From positions 89,592,001 through 89,656,000 of the forward strand of contig NC_087437.1 in assembly GCF_036321535.1 (NCBI RefSeq): a DNA stretch of 64,000 nt. The letters are read 5' to 3'. The notes beneath the pieces are model-generated. The model searched no databases, was not told where the DNA came from, and saw nothing but the letters and a program-made list of their open reading frames with translations. Of the stretch, positions 39,473-53,618 are shown piece after piece (position 1 is the stretch's first letter; every line of letters starts with the position of its first letter). A program made the position numbers and the translations under genes. Origin of the DNA: Camelus dromedarius. Taxonomy: Eukaryota.

Positions 39473-42400
39473 GACTTGTCTTTCATTATGCTTCTTTTTT
39501 ATGCTTAATTGTAGCCTAGCTGATTGTGTAATGCTCCATTTATATACTGTTGCCTCGCACATGCTGCTCTTCCATTCATGTTTTATATCTCCAAACCCTA
39601 GTTGTGTCTGAAGACACCTATCTTACAGATAAAAACATTTTGAAGAAATATAAATATTATTAAAGGAACCTATTCCCCAGGCTCCCAGAGAGGGTAAAAT
39701 TGCCCTTGCCATCAATGTCACAAAAGTGTCAAAATTTAGAAAATTAGCTGCAGAAATAAGAAAAGCTAAGTTGTCAATCTGTTTTATCACACTATGAAAT
39801 TGGGAATTTTTCCAAACAAAAATGAAAAGAACTATGCATGTATGCTTCCCTAGTACCATTTCCTAAGTATTTCAATTATGCTAACACTGTCTATATCTGG
39901 TGGGGCCCCTCTATTAAGAAACCTCTTCACATTCACTTCACCCTTCTCTCCTTTTAGGTAGGGTGATCCTTCTTAATGAAAGGTGGACCTCATATGCTTC
40001 TAATCATACTGAATTTTTAATGCAAAATAAAGATTCCAATAAATATTTAAAGAACAAATTGATAAATGATACACGTTTCTCTTGAGTCTGATCTCACACG
40101 ATTCACTGATACATTCGTTTTCCTCCTGACCAAAATAAAGACCAGACCATGGAATTTCATGACTATTTTAAAAGGTACATGAAAAGTAAAAAAAAGAAGA
40201 TGAATTGTTTAAGGAAAGTGAAAACATCACCTTCTCCCCATTTTACATGATTATATCACAACTGTAGCAATATTACATAAATGACATATTAACTAAATAT
40301 TATGGAGGTAAAATTTCAACTGACTAAATTTTTTAAATGGTCCTTTTTTTTAAAAAAAAAAGAAATGAGTATATTTTATTTGGGATTTTCTTAGAATATT
40401 TATGTTTTTCTTTTCCCACTTAAAAAAAATGATTACTGACAGGTAGGAGTTTGAGAAAGGTTTAAAAAATAAAACAGTAATGAGAAACATATACTTGTGA
40501 TATTTTACAATTTCTAAACACTTCCCACATTTATAATTATGGCCCCCAGTTTATAGATTATGGATACATAGCCAAAAAGACGCTGTTAAAGTTAGTGGTT
40601 CTAATAACAAAATTAAGTTGTAGTTATGCAAATAATACAATGAGCTTCCATTAAGAGTTCATTCTGAAGGTAAATTCTTTACTCAGGTAATTATATTTAT
40701 GTTGTTTTATCTTCTTTGGGCCTCATAGATAAAACTTTGGAAGTGACTCCCTTTAGTTTTCGAACACCTGAACCTTCAGGTATAATTTAACACAACACTT
40801 TCATTTTAAAGCCAAACTGCACTGAGAGAAGAAAGTGACAGCCCTGACCCTGGATAGACTCCAGAGAGGTCATTTCTGGAAGGAAGACAAAACAATTTCA
40901 GTTCCATGCTGATAATAAGATGAGGCTTTCCCGACTAGAATGTGTTAGGGGAGGAAGTTAATAAAAATAGCAGGAATGATCAGTAAGTATAAGGACCGGA
41001 CTTTCAGAGGAAGTTAGGAATCCTTTATCTTGTTTTAAGACTTATTTAATGAATTGCTAAAACTAGATGTTTAAGAAAAGCCAGTGAAATAATTAATCCT
41101 AACAACTGTTTTTCAGATTTAAAAATGAGGTTCCCATCAGGTTAAGGTACGGATATATGGAAAATAAAGTATAAAATGTATTTGCTAAATGTTATGAAAA
41201 AGAATTAGGAAGTTCCTCAGAATATTGCAGAACAGTAAGGTTTTAGCCAGGTCTAGCATGTTATCTGTATGTTTCTAAAGGAATACTAATAAGACCTTCA
41301 CACATGTACAAGTGGGTCAACAAAAATTAGTTTACCCGTTGTTTTTCTTTATTTGATTCTCTAAATAAACTGTTGTACTATTTGGAAGGAAGTACAGTGT
41401 AGTGAATAGAATTACGTGTTTGCCAATTTTAGTTCTAATTTTGAAACTAGCTATGTGATCATCAGTAAAAGAAAAAAATGGAAAGTCCTTTGCAGATTGA
41501 AGAGTCAATGATTCCTAGTGGCATAGTTTGAAAGAACGTAAATTCTCAAATTTTGATTCTCCTTATTTGTTTTATAGTATTAAGATTTTTTCAAGTGTAT
41601 AAGGTCTTGTATATATATTATTTAAAAATCTCTCTCCCTTTTCTCTTCCTAAATCATGTAATTTGGACTACATATAAAATTAGAAAATGTCAATCCATGT
41701 CTTTGTCTGTAGGAAAATAATACCTAGCATGGATTACTGTCAAAGAAAAAAATGATTCCAGAGAATATGGTTTTAGGCCTGGTTAGAGCATCAAATGGCA
41801 TATGGCCATAAAAAAAATCTCATTTTTCTTCAATTCAATTTTCTCACCTAGAAAGTGAAGGTTAAGGTAGGCTGCATGGCTCTGAAGATTATTTCTATCA
41901 TTCTGTAATTCTGCTACCATTTTAAAATTTCCCAATAAATACAAGAATTACTCAGGGACATTGTGGCTGATAAACCTGACATCAGATAAATGTTGAGTAT
42001 CACTTAAGAAAGAGTAAAGTTTTAAGGTGAATAATTTAATATTGGGTAGAAGATTATTTAAACTGTTTATCATGATAATAATAATGCAGATCTCTCATTT
42101 TATTCTGAAATCAATGAGTGTGACTTCTAAAAAATACCTTTTCAAAATAGGTATTTTTGCCACATACTGAGTAGTAAATTATTGAGATATTTAGAGCTTA
42201 TAAAATACTGAGTTTTAATTAAATTAATCCACTCAGTAAAGTGGTAAAATACTATTTAACTATAATGTTCATTGGATCTCTTAATTGTTTTGGACTTCAA
42301 AAAATTTTAAAAATTGCTGTCTATCTATATTTTCAATATATATTTGGAACCATAAACTCATCTACAGTTTAATATTTCACTATAGGTAAACTAACGCTGA

Positions 42401-43639
42401 CTAAATACAAAAAACATTCTGAAAATTACAATTTTCAGAATTTGGAGAAACGAAACACTTTTTTATATTTGTCCTTTCATTTGAAGAAGTTCATTTAAAC
42501 TCAGGAAAACATCAAAAGAGATGTGGAATTATAATCATTGACAAGTAAGATAATCAATATAGAAAAGTGATAAAATGCAAAATAACATTCACATAATAAT
42601 TTTTGTATAAATACTATAAACATGTAGATTTTTAAAAAATTTCTAATATTCCCAAACTATAACAGTTTCTTTCAAGAGTATGGGATAAAGAATGACCTTT
42701 TCCTTCATTTTGCTTAACATTTTAGAACTAATTTATCTATGATAAACTTGTTTAAAATGAGAAATACAGAAAAATGATTTAAATTGTTAGAAGGATAAAT
42801 AAATTTTGAAATGTAACTAATCAATGAGAAATAAGTCTGCTAAATCTTGAATGTGTTTAGGTAATTTCCCAAATATTTTATAGAATAATTTACTGGAGGA
42901 GTTTAAATATATTTTAACCAACTGGATTTATTAATTGGTTGTTTAAGATAATTGGTTCTATTGGGTCAATATATCAAAGATGAATATTAAGTTGCACTAA
43001 TTAATGATGATGAAATATTTTAACATGAAAATGGTGTCACTTGCAATTAACAAGCCTGAATTTTAAAAAAAATTAATAGTATATAACTTTAATACATAAC
43101 AATCCCCTATATTTAGAAAATCATCCATATTATGACAATAACAGAAAATTAATATTTGTTTTAATGCCTAAAATAACCCTGTAAGTAAGTTAATACAATC
43201 ATTTTAGAGATGAGAAAATTAGAGCTTAAGGTATAATGTGCATATCATGAACCTGGGATCCAAACTAGATATTTCTGCTACTGAAGGCCATTTAAATGCC
43301 TGTTAATATTCAGTTAGAAAAGTAATTATAAAATAAATTATTTTTGTTTAAAAATTATGTTTCTGATTCATTTGATAATTGATCTGGTTGGACTGAATAA
43401 TAAGGAAGTACACGGGGACTCTGTTTTATCTTATTGACTGTAAATCACAGAAATCCTTAAATTTTAGATTTCAAAGAGGACTTACATGATTTAAAGGATG
43501 GTCTATTAACCATACATTGTAGCCTTAACCTAGCAACTGTCAGTTCATCTCATTGATACTAACAAATATGCAGTCACTTTTATCCTACCTTGTTTAGATG
43601 GTTAAATTTTTAAAAAATGGTTAATAATTATAAAAACTA

Positions 43640-43875
43640 ACAATTATTAAGTATTTGTTATGAGCAAGGCATTTTTTAAAGCAAGTTAAATGTAAAAATA
43701 CATTCAATTTTGAAAACTACATTGTAAGGTTGATACTATTATTATTTTCTATGCTTTTTCTGTCAGGAAACAGAGGCACAGAGAGTTTAAGGAAAGTCAC
43801 AAGCCGTATGAGTGGCAAAGTGGAAAAAAGAGCCTAGATAATATGAGTCCAGAAGCCATAATCTTCACAATTTTT
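43640..43875 (-). mobile_element. MIR SINE relic
   Basis: ttattaagtatttgttatgagcaaggcatt..gtaaggttgatactattatt..aggaaacagaggcacagagagtttaagg. Confidence 0.65.
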
Positions 43876-45906
43876 CTATAACCATTTTAATGCAGTCAAA
43901 AGGGATATCTTAAGTTCCAACAGAAAAGAGTATCAGAAAGTTTGTCTAAGCTGTAGACTTTGGCTACAAAGTAGCTGACCAGGAGAGACCCGGGCCCAAC
44001 AGCAGAATTGTGAAAATGGACTGTACACATTAGTTTTATGGCCATCATAGCTGGAACTCAATGTTTACTTTACCTCATAATGTAAGGTTGGAAATCTTAC
44101 TGGTAGAGTGATGTTCAGGTGTATAAAGGTTTGTAAGAGAAAGCACTGGAGGGAAATGAGTGTGCAAATGGAAGTGACGGGAGAAGAGATGGGTCAATGG
44201 CTAGAGAAAGGTGACCAAAAGGCCAAATACAGTGAGTGGTCAGAGTCTCATAATTCATTTTTACTCTTTTAGCTTTTCAGAGCATTCAAACATAAAAAGC
44301 TGGAAGTGTAGAATGCTAAGGGAATTACTGAAATTATTTAAAATGGCAAAGGGATTTTACCTACAAGCTCTGATTAAAAAATAACCAAAATTATACTCGT
44401 CCCTGAAATCCTGGTGGAGGACTCAGAATTGAGACACACCTGGAATTCACATAGTCCACTGGGATGAGGAGAAATGAATTTCCTTGCCTGAGATCACATG
44501 TCCAGAGGCCAAGTCAGGACGAAACATAAATATCCTGCCCCCAGCAATTATTTTCACCATCTCATGATGAGTTCAGATATGGCATATTTTGTTAAACTAG
44601 TGAATCGATAACTATATGTTTAAATTGTGGTTTTTTTCTTTTACCATTTTTAGCTTTTACTAAAGCATCCTATCATTTTAAAAGTTACTTTAAAACTCCC
44701 ACATTGATATACTAACATGGAAAAATTACATTGACATATTGCCAAACTGAGTAGAGAAATTAAAAATATGAACATGAACTACTAAGAGAAGCCCTTAGAA
44801 TTTACTTCTTATTTGCATACTCATTTCTTTCACCTTGGAATTAAGATGGAACATATCTGGATTTAACCTGTAAGACTGAGAGAAAAGTATATGAAGATTT
44901 GTTTGTGGTTCCCTAAAGCAGCATTCTGAGATGTAGTGCTGAATTTCCAGCTAACTTTCAGAACTAGGGGAGAGGACAGACATACCAGAAAAATTAGAAT
45001 GCTTTTCTTAGTCCTTTTAAAAAACTATTGTAATATCCCACTTGGAACAAAACTTTCTGACCTATCAGAGGGAAATGCTAAGGGACACAAGCTGTCGCAC
45101 AGACAAACATATTTCAGAGTGAAAACAAGCTGAACTGGTTTTCTTTTATATGTTTCCAATCTACCAACTTAACTCAATTAATAATGTACACATACTTTAA
45201 AAACATCAAAGGCATAGAGATAATGCTATATATTAAAGACTATGATTGCTCTTTCTAAAATCTTCTCTCAAGAAAATGATTTCCTATGCTGAAAAGCTAT
45301 TATCTCAGGACTGAAAATTATTTGTCTAACTGACACTAAAATACCTTAAATAGAAAGTTAATAAGACATATCTATATCAGTTTATTATTAACTTATGGCT
45401 AGCTCACTTTTAGAGCTTCTGCCTCCCCGCAACTATTTTCAAAGCCCTTAGTTCAAATCCAATATATAGTCTGCGTTCGTACAAGTAGATTTGAAAATAT
45501 TTCAAATGAGGGATCTCTCATCACCCAACAAACTAGACGGATAGTCCTCATACCAAGATTAAAAATGGCTTTCTCTTGGAAAGTAGGTTATTTAAATGAT
45601 AAAAATAGACTTTAAAAACATTTCTTTGTGTCTAATAACAAAGCCAGCCCTATCAGGTTCGTAATCTGCCTTCAACCATCTAGAGCACTTGTCTCTCCAA
45701 CTTAAGCCTGGAAAGGGAAATTATGTGTTAAAGTGAATTGGGAGGGCTGCTCTCTTACCACCATTACTAGTTTTCTATTATAGACTTATAATATGCATGT
45801 CTATGAGAGAAATCCAAGACTAAGATAAAATCTGACATTTTAAATCACCCTAAGTGTACAAATTAGACAACATATTCTAAGCAAATTAGATAATGTGCTA
45901 AACACA

Positions 45907-46397
45907 CGTATCTCCACTGTTCATTCTCCATCTGGTCCCTAAATCCATCCCTCATCCTTTTGTGCCTTGATCTTTGCTCTGGGAACCTGACTTCTGTGCA
46001 CTGCTTTGCTCAGGTTACTTGATCTCTGATTTTCAGAGGGATTCAACTAATAGAAAGTTATTGGACGATGAGAGAAGAAAGAGGTGTGAAATTTATCCCT
46101 CCTGCTCCAATATCCCCACCTGGTTGAGTGAGATACCGTTTGTGTCCTGTGACCACTGCTCTTCTCGAGCTGCCCCTTTTCTGGCTCCAGTTCTTCTCTG
46201 ACTGAGATAACCCTGCTCACTTCCTCTGGCTCTTTAGGCCCAGTGCTGGCATCCTACTATTGCGAGCTGGACTGTCCTCCTCCCTTACTAGTTCCCCAAA
46301 CTCTGTCTGTAAGTCTGTGAAAGTGTCCTCATTAAAAACTCTTCAGCTACACCCGTTTGAGACTGCCATCAGGCCCTGCTGATATCCTGAGTAACAC
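45907..46397 (+). mobile_element. LTR33-like ERVL solo LTR
   Basis: aaatccatccctcatcc..gaggtgtgaaatttatccctcc..ctcattaaaaactcttcagctacacccgtttgagactgccatc..cctgagtaacaCA matches the recalled LTR33 layout. Confidence 0.75.
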
Positions 46398-49300
46398 ACT
46401 ATCTATACTAGGAAAAAGTAATAATCTTATAATTAATACTTAAGGAAAATGACTTCAAGGAAAAAGAAAAAAAAATGTATCAAGACTATTGTAACTTACC
46501 CAGTTTAACACAGACTACCCTAGAAAGAGCATTTGTGCTTCCTTCCTATGAAACCTGGGCTTAGACATCAAAAATGGTTCAAATGCCTCTGAAAAAAATA
46601 TGTTTCTTGGTGAATCTAATGCAATTCCTCATGTTGCTTCAAAGTGCTCCATTCCTATTTAAACTTTCATTGATCAGCATTCTTTGCTTACTAGTGGGTT
46701 AAATAAGACAGCCCTGGAAATAGTTGAGTTCATCTCTGTTTTTTCTAAAAGGAAAAATAACTAGTCTTAGGTAATTCCATTTATTATACTGAACACTTTG
46801 AACAGAATTCCCTTTACACTAATGTAATTCTTTAAACAATATCAGTGAAGAGAGCTGAGTTTCTATTCTCCCTCACCTCTTAGCATTTAGAGTAATTTTA
46901 TTGACTCTTTTTTAACACTGAACTAAGATTTTTACCTGTGAAACTGCTACACATCATTGGTCTTGACAGGTTTTCTGGCAATAGTTTAAACTTGTGTATC
47001 TACTGGCACTATTGCTTTTTCATAGTCATTTTTCTTAATACTTTTATAAAGACATTTCCTTATTGAAGAGTCAGTATTATCAGAGCTTCAGCATAAGCAA
47101 TTCTAATACTAAAATTGTATAAATATTACGTACATATTTGAGAAGCCATTTGGAAAACTCTGTCTCCTTGCCCTGCAGTCCCCTCACACACACTTTGCAT
47201 CAAGTAGCTTTTAATTTCCTGGCCACAGCTTAATTTAAATGAGTACAGAAAACTAATGAGAGATTATTTAAAATCTAGAAAAATAAGAAACTGTTGTAGT
47301 AGTGAAGCAAGAGATGTTTTAAAATATCACAATTATCCCAGCACTTACTGCAATTCCAAGAACTTACATTTAATAGATTGTATTAGACTCTTCGCAGAAG
47401 TCATGCTTTGTGGCATTTGCTCTTATTTACTGTCCCGGCAGAAAGTTCCAGCTGAAGTCAAGGTCACCTTCTATCCCAAAGTTGGTATAATTAGTATCAA
47501 TTCGGTGTTTCTCCAAGCTTACATGGGAGGTTATTAACTGTGTTTCATGTGGAGTGTCAAAGAAGCAAAGGCAGTGCCAGCAATCTTCTCAGCTTCAAAG
47601 GCACAGCTCATAAATTTAATTCATTGGTTAGTAAGAAAGACACAACCAGTTTGGTTTATTAATGATTTTTAAAATAATTTCAGAGATGTTCGGGAAATAC
47701 ATTTATTCATATTTGTAGCCCAAGCTTTTAAAATATAAAACAGATTATCCTCCTAATAATAAGTAACTCATTTAGTCTTAATATTTTATAGCAATGTGCT
47801 TTCTGGAATATAATAATTATGGGACATTTTAATGTAATATTTATATGTATATGCATATTATATAGAGATGAATTCAAGACAATGGTACAGAGTCTACTAG
47901 GGGACATTTTCTTCTCTCTCTTAGAGGTTGTTTTGCAGGAAATGTATCTAGTATTAGATTATATTAAATCTAGAATTATTACCATAAAATCAATTAAGAT
48001 ACTTCTACACTTATAGAAGTAGAAACAATATTAGAACTGTTTACTTAAAAGAAATATAAACTAATGGAACAAATATTTCTGTTTAAACTGATCTAAGCCA
48101 AGAAATAAATAAGCTTAAAATGAAACTCTTAAAAATGTTTGATGTTTTAAATTGCACAAGCCACAAGAATGCCCTTAGAAAATAGGATAGAGCATAAGTG
48201 TTATGCTTCCCTTAATAGGTGGTACTGGAGAGAAAATACGAATGCCAGTTTTCCTCAAATATTTCCCAAATGCCATAAGGAAATAAGTAACATTTAAGAG
48301 ATTTTCAAACTTTGCCAGAGTTCAACTTCATAAAATTCAGAGGCAAATGCTCCATTTAGTTTTAAAAATGGTCATATGTAATAAGTGATTCTTATTCCAA
48401 ATAAGATCTACTAGAATAGAAAGAATAACTTTAGCATTCTGTGCTATTTTGGAATAATCTAATCTGAAACATTGCTAATATTCAACTGTGTGCGTTCATA
48501 GCTGGCTAAAGGACTGGGAACCCAATCAGCAACCCTACTCATATCCAGACTGTAGCCACTCCCTTCAGTATTAACAATATGGTACTTTTAGTAAGGTTGA
48601 GAGCACCTCCAATTATAGATCATACGTGGTGTTTGTTCTTGCCAAGTAAGAAGCATTTTAGTATCCTATTTCCATGATGAACTATGTTTCACATATTTAA
48701 TTTTGAAAGTCAACTTTATACAATAATTATTGTTTTTAAAAAGACTAGTGGAAATTGAGCTACACTTACAGCCTAATGTGGAAACCTGTCTTTTTGCAGA
48801 TAAGCAGGTCCCTGTATATGGACCATCTGGAGACTGAATTATTACTTAATTTTTGTCAAGTGAAAAAAAGCCCAACATATTGACACTTAATTTTTGAAAG
48901 CTCACAACACCATGCAAATTGTGCTTTATTACCACCGATAAAACCAGAACATTTTTAATAGCTAAATACTCATAATACAAGCTCATAAACAATTTCTTGA
49001 TTTGCACACTTTGGGATTTAACTGTGTCAAGATGATATATTTTACCATTGCAGATGCTCTGTTTGAATGCATTTATTGTGACTAATGCAGAGCTATAATG
49101 ATTTTTACTCCATTCATTCTTTCTCAGTGCTGGTGTTCTTTTTCTTTTATTCTGATAAATGTTTCTTTATCTCTTTGTATCCTATTTTTTTTTAAGTATC
49201 TATGCCAAAAAGGAAAGGAGGGAACACATTAATGAAATCAAATAAAAATAAAATACAGATAGACTAGATTTTTTCTTTTGACATAAAGGAAATAGAAATT

Positions 49301-50004
49301 AGAAGCAGGGGCCAGATCATTATTGCTTTTTATTCTGATTTAATTAAATAGATGCTTCAGATAGTGGTTTGATGTGCACATATATGCATTTTGTATTTAT
49401 TTTACCTTAGCTTATTGTATTTTGAAACCAGAGAAATTAAAAAATAACTGAAGTAAAGAAATCTGCATACAAAAATACTATTTCATAATCAACATTTTAG
49501 GCAATTGTAGTTCATTAAAAACACCCATATTAAATATGAGTAGAATTGTACAATTCATCTCAATTTCTGTATGCTGGCACAAAGGAAATACTTTAGCAAC
49601 TTATTTGCATTTCATATAGCTTAACTGTGGATATACAATTTTTTTCTACAAGTCACTAAGATTGCTTCAAATAGGGAAGATCTTTTAAAGAGCAATATTT
49701 TAGGATTGTACTTAATGGTCAAACAGGTCTCTAAATTCACTTACGTTTAAATAGTTAAGTTTTATGATTTATATGATTTGAAAATTACAATGGCAGCATA
49801 TGGGCTAAAAATTATGGATCTTTAATTCTAGACTGGAGCTATATTCATTCTAAAGCATGCTAAAATGCATTTTACTTTACATGAAGAATTTAAAATATTT
49901 TACTCAATGTTGTATTTTTAAACATAAATAACTAAATTAGTGTGTAATCTAATTGTGAAGAATTGAGTACCTATAGTGTAAGTGCTTGACATTAAGCTAT
50001 TGAT

Positions 50005-50501
50005 TGTGTAAGTGGAAGCACCCATTTCAAAAGACATCCATCTTGAATAAACGTATTGCCAGCTGTAGCAAAACATCCAGATAAGGAACTAGGCTGCCCC
50101 ACCTGTGAAGTTCTTTATTTCAGAAAGCCCTGGGTAACTTAGACAACTGATCACTTTGAGCAACCTGGCTTCTACCTTCCTGAGCTCTAATTCCTACTCT
50201 TATGCTTTAAATTCGCTAATAAAGAGTGAACCCATGAAACTCAACACCCCACCTTTGAACCCTAATAAAGGCAGAGCCCCAGGACCCTGTGCTCTCTCTC
50301 TCTTTCTACCTGTGACCTCGCTATGTGGTCCGCCAGGATCTGTGAGTAGTAAATTTTGTTCTTTAAAGTTCTCTGTCAGTTTCTTGCTGAAGTGCATACT
50401 GTGATAACATTAAGAACTCGAGCTGGTCCAACCACAATACTGGCCCTAGTAGAGGAAATGTTTGTGGGGGCTCGTACACGTAATGGGAACCGAGGCAAGC
50501 A
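50005..50501 (+). mobile_element. ERV solo LTR (family unresolved)
   Basis: TG...CA-bounded ~500-bp GC-enriched island; TATA-like cctaataaaggcagagcc (~50262), (CT)n, AGTAAA poly(A)-like signal at ~50348. Confidence 0.7.
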
Positions 50502-51444
50502 TTCCTAACCTAAAGCATCACTGTCAGTAGACTGGGACCAATACAATAGGACCCAGCTATAGATTTGGTGAGATTGGTCTTTATTATTCACTGGAGGTAG
50601 TTTGATAATGACTGATTTCTTACCTTTAAAAAAAATACGTCCTTTGTTTTCATTTTGCATGGCCATTCTGAAATATGGTTCCAATGCAATTACCTCATTA
50701 TAGCTAATAATTTGGTTGAGATTACAGGACAAATGATATTATTTTATTAACAAAAAATTATTTTACCCATTTATAAAGTCTGATGTAAAACTAAATCTAT
50801 ATTTGAACCAATAATTTATTTGGATTTTTACATAGATTATATAAACAATTTCATCATCAATTTTAGGATTTTTTCCCCTAATATATTAAAATTCATGATG
50901 TATTTGAACAGGCTCAGTTTTAGGAGAGGCAGTATATCAGATATTTCACATGTTCCTCCCATGTATTTCTATTCTTGTAGCATACTTAAGAGTCTTGCAA
51001 AGGCAGAAACAGGTAACTCCTAAACAAATTAAGAGTTTAAGAGTTTTTCTCTCTTGGTAAGTACAAAAGATTCATTTGTGAATTTTAATTTTAAAAATCA
51101 TGATAAGTAGACATAATCACTAGTACATGTCCCTATGTCTCATATTTGTTTCCTGAATTTTCAATAACTTTATATCATTATCTGTGAATGAGGGTGCTGC
51201 TAAAAATTCCTAGATTATGAGACAGTTATAAAATTAAAATTATACAATATGATAAACATTTAAAAAAATGTTTTCAAGTTAAACAAACCATGAAAAAATA
51301 GTATTAATACTAGAAATCACATCAGTTCATTTGGAACAATTTTATAAATGATCATATTTAATTCATTAAAATTTATCTGATTAAAATTTACTATAGTGAC
51401 CTAAAAAAACCCTAAAACATTTATAAGAGTATATGTATATAAGT

Positions 51445-51448
<4 letters not shown>

Positions 51449-51482
<34 letters not shown>
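51449..51482. repeat. (GT)17 microsatellite
   Basis: Direct reading. Confidence 0.97.
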
Positions 51483-51486
<4 letters not shown>

Positions 51487-53125
51487 ATTTTCTGAATTAG
51501 ATGATAGGATTGATCAGGTCACTAGTCTTAAAAAAACTGCAATTTCTAAAAGCAGAAATTAAAATGTATTGTAAAGGACTTCGGTAATGCAAAATACTTA
51601 AGAGATTTATAAAATGTTTAGATTTTAGATTTATGATACAAATCAAGAATACCATAAATTTCACAGAAAATTGATAAATTATTATATTTGAGGATATATA
51701 GTAAGTTCCATATACACTAGTGCCATTTTTAACTTTTAATTTTTTCACATAGTCATTTAAAAATAGGTTGAAATTAAAATGTAATCAGTGCACTAACACC
51801 AAAGAATTTTGCAAGAATTAAAACTAGAATTACTATGGGAAAATATACCATTTTATCAATAGTATGATGCAACTACATGTAAACACATTTGTTTTACTAA
51901 AAAGAACTGAACAAAATTGTCATACGCTGATTGCTGATTATATTGCCAGAACTTTAGATACTATCCAATCCTCAAGACAATCTTGGAATTAACTGTTTCT
52001 TATGAAAATGTGGATGCTAAATTTGGTGCACTGTTCAAGACAAAAGCCTTTGTAAAGAGAAAAACCACTGCTCACACCTAAAGATGTCTCCAGGGCTCAC
52101 TTATTCTCTGTCTTTCCCATGACTGCTCAAGTTTGCTTCCTTCTCTGTGTTTTAGCACCTTTATTTGTAACAAGATACTGCTAATTGCCAGCTTTCTCCC
52201 ATATGGTTGAAGCTCCTCTTCCTGCACAAAGGATGCATTTCATGTACAAACTGAAGAGATGTACAAATTCTCAAGGTTATGACTGACCATTTGAGCAGCT
52301 TCTTTTCCTCTCTTTTATCTTGATTTCTAATATAGCCATAGCTGTAATTCTTTAATTTGTTTAAATTGGATGTTTATCGTATCTTAGTATAGAAAACTCA
52401 GCAACAGCAGGGGTGATGAAAGAGTGTAAATGGAGAAGTGAACAGTGATTCATTTGTGGTCATTTATTAAATATATATATATATATATAAAGAAATATAG
52501 TTTATGGAATTTAAAGAAATGTCATTTAAACCTAATAAAATTAAATATGGTTATTTTACTTCAGATTACTGAATGAGAGAAAGAGATGAAATTAGTAAAC
52601 TTAAAAAAAAATCTACAAGCTGAAAATATTTAGCTCTCGGCTTTTCTTAGGCCACACATTCTTATTTTTTTTTCACGTATTCTTTTTATGATATTATTTG
52701 ACCATAATTTTGAAACATCTTTCACTAATTTATAGATAAGTGAATTCCACTTAAAATATAATTGCATCTGAAGACTCTAATTTAATAGGGAATGCTTAAA
52801 TAAACAAATATCATATAAATTAAAAGGGACAGAGTAGAAAAATCATAACAATGTTTGTGTATTGACTGAATCCCTCATTCCCTCAAATGTGGACTAGACC
52901 ATTCATCATGCAGTGGGCTTGGTGATTTCTTCAGTCCCCACTTGTTTGTTGAAGATAGGAGGGAAAAAAATAGACACCAGACTAACATTCAATGTCGGTG
53001 CTACTATTTTTTTCATGTAAATTAGATGCTATGAATTGTTATAAAATACATTTTCTTTTCACATATCTTGGTGCCATTTTCAACATATTTTCTTTCAATT
53101 ATTAAATAAAAAAAGGGAATGATAA

Positions 53126-53147
53126 GTGTGTGTGTGTGTGTGTGTGT
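53126..53147. repeat. (GT)11 microsatellite
   Basis: Direct reading. Confidence 0.95.
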
Positions 53148-53549
53148 ATGTCTTCTTAGAGTTTTATTTATTCATGTGTTCCTTTGAGTGAAGAATGAAC
53201 TCTTTTCAGCACTTTTAAATTTCATGGTGTCAAAGTTCATAAAACATCTTAGGAAACCTATAAAAAAGTAAATTTACTTGAAAAAGTAGAAAACTGATTT
53301 CATTTTAAGAGGCTGGCTAAAATGAAATTGGTAAGACTTCACTTAAGATGCATGTGAACAAATATAAAAGAATGTTGTTAAAATACTTCACTTTGAAGTA
53401 AGACATTTTCTCTTATTTTAGTCTAATATATATATTCAAAAAGAACATAAATACTTTCTACTAATTAAGCATAGGCACTGGTTATTTGTGGGAAAATGCA
53501 TTAATTTAACTGCTAGTGATTTTAGATACAAAATTCTTATTTTCATAAT

Positions 53550-53618
53550 TTTAGGGCCTGGCATAGACCTATATATACATAGCAGGTACTCAATAAACAT
53601 TTGTTGAAGAAAGAAGGA
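53550..53618 (+). mobile_element. L2 3' terminal fragment
   Basis: gggcctggcatag..catagcaggtactcaataaacatttgttgaagaaagaa is the canonical L2 tail. Confidence 0.7.
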
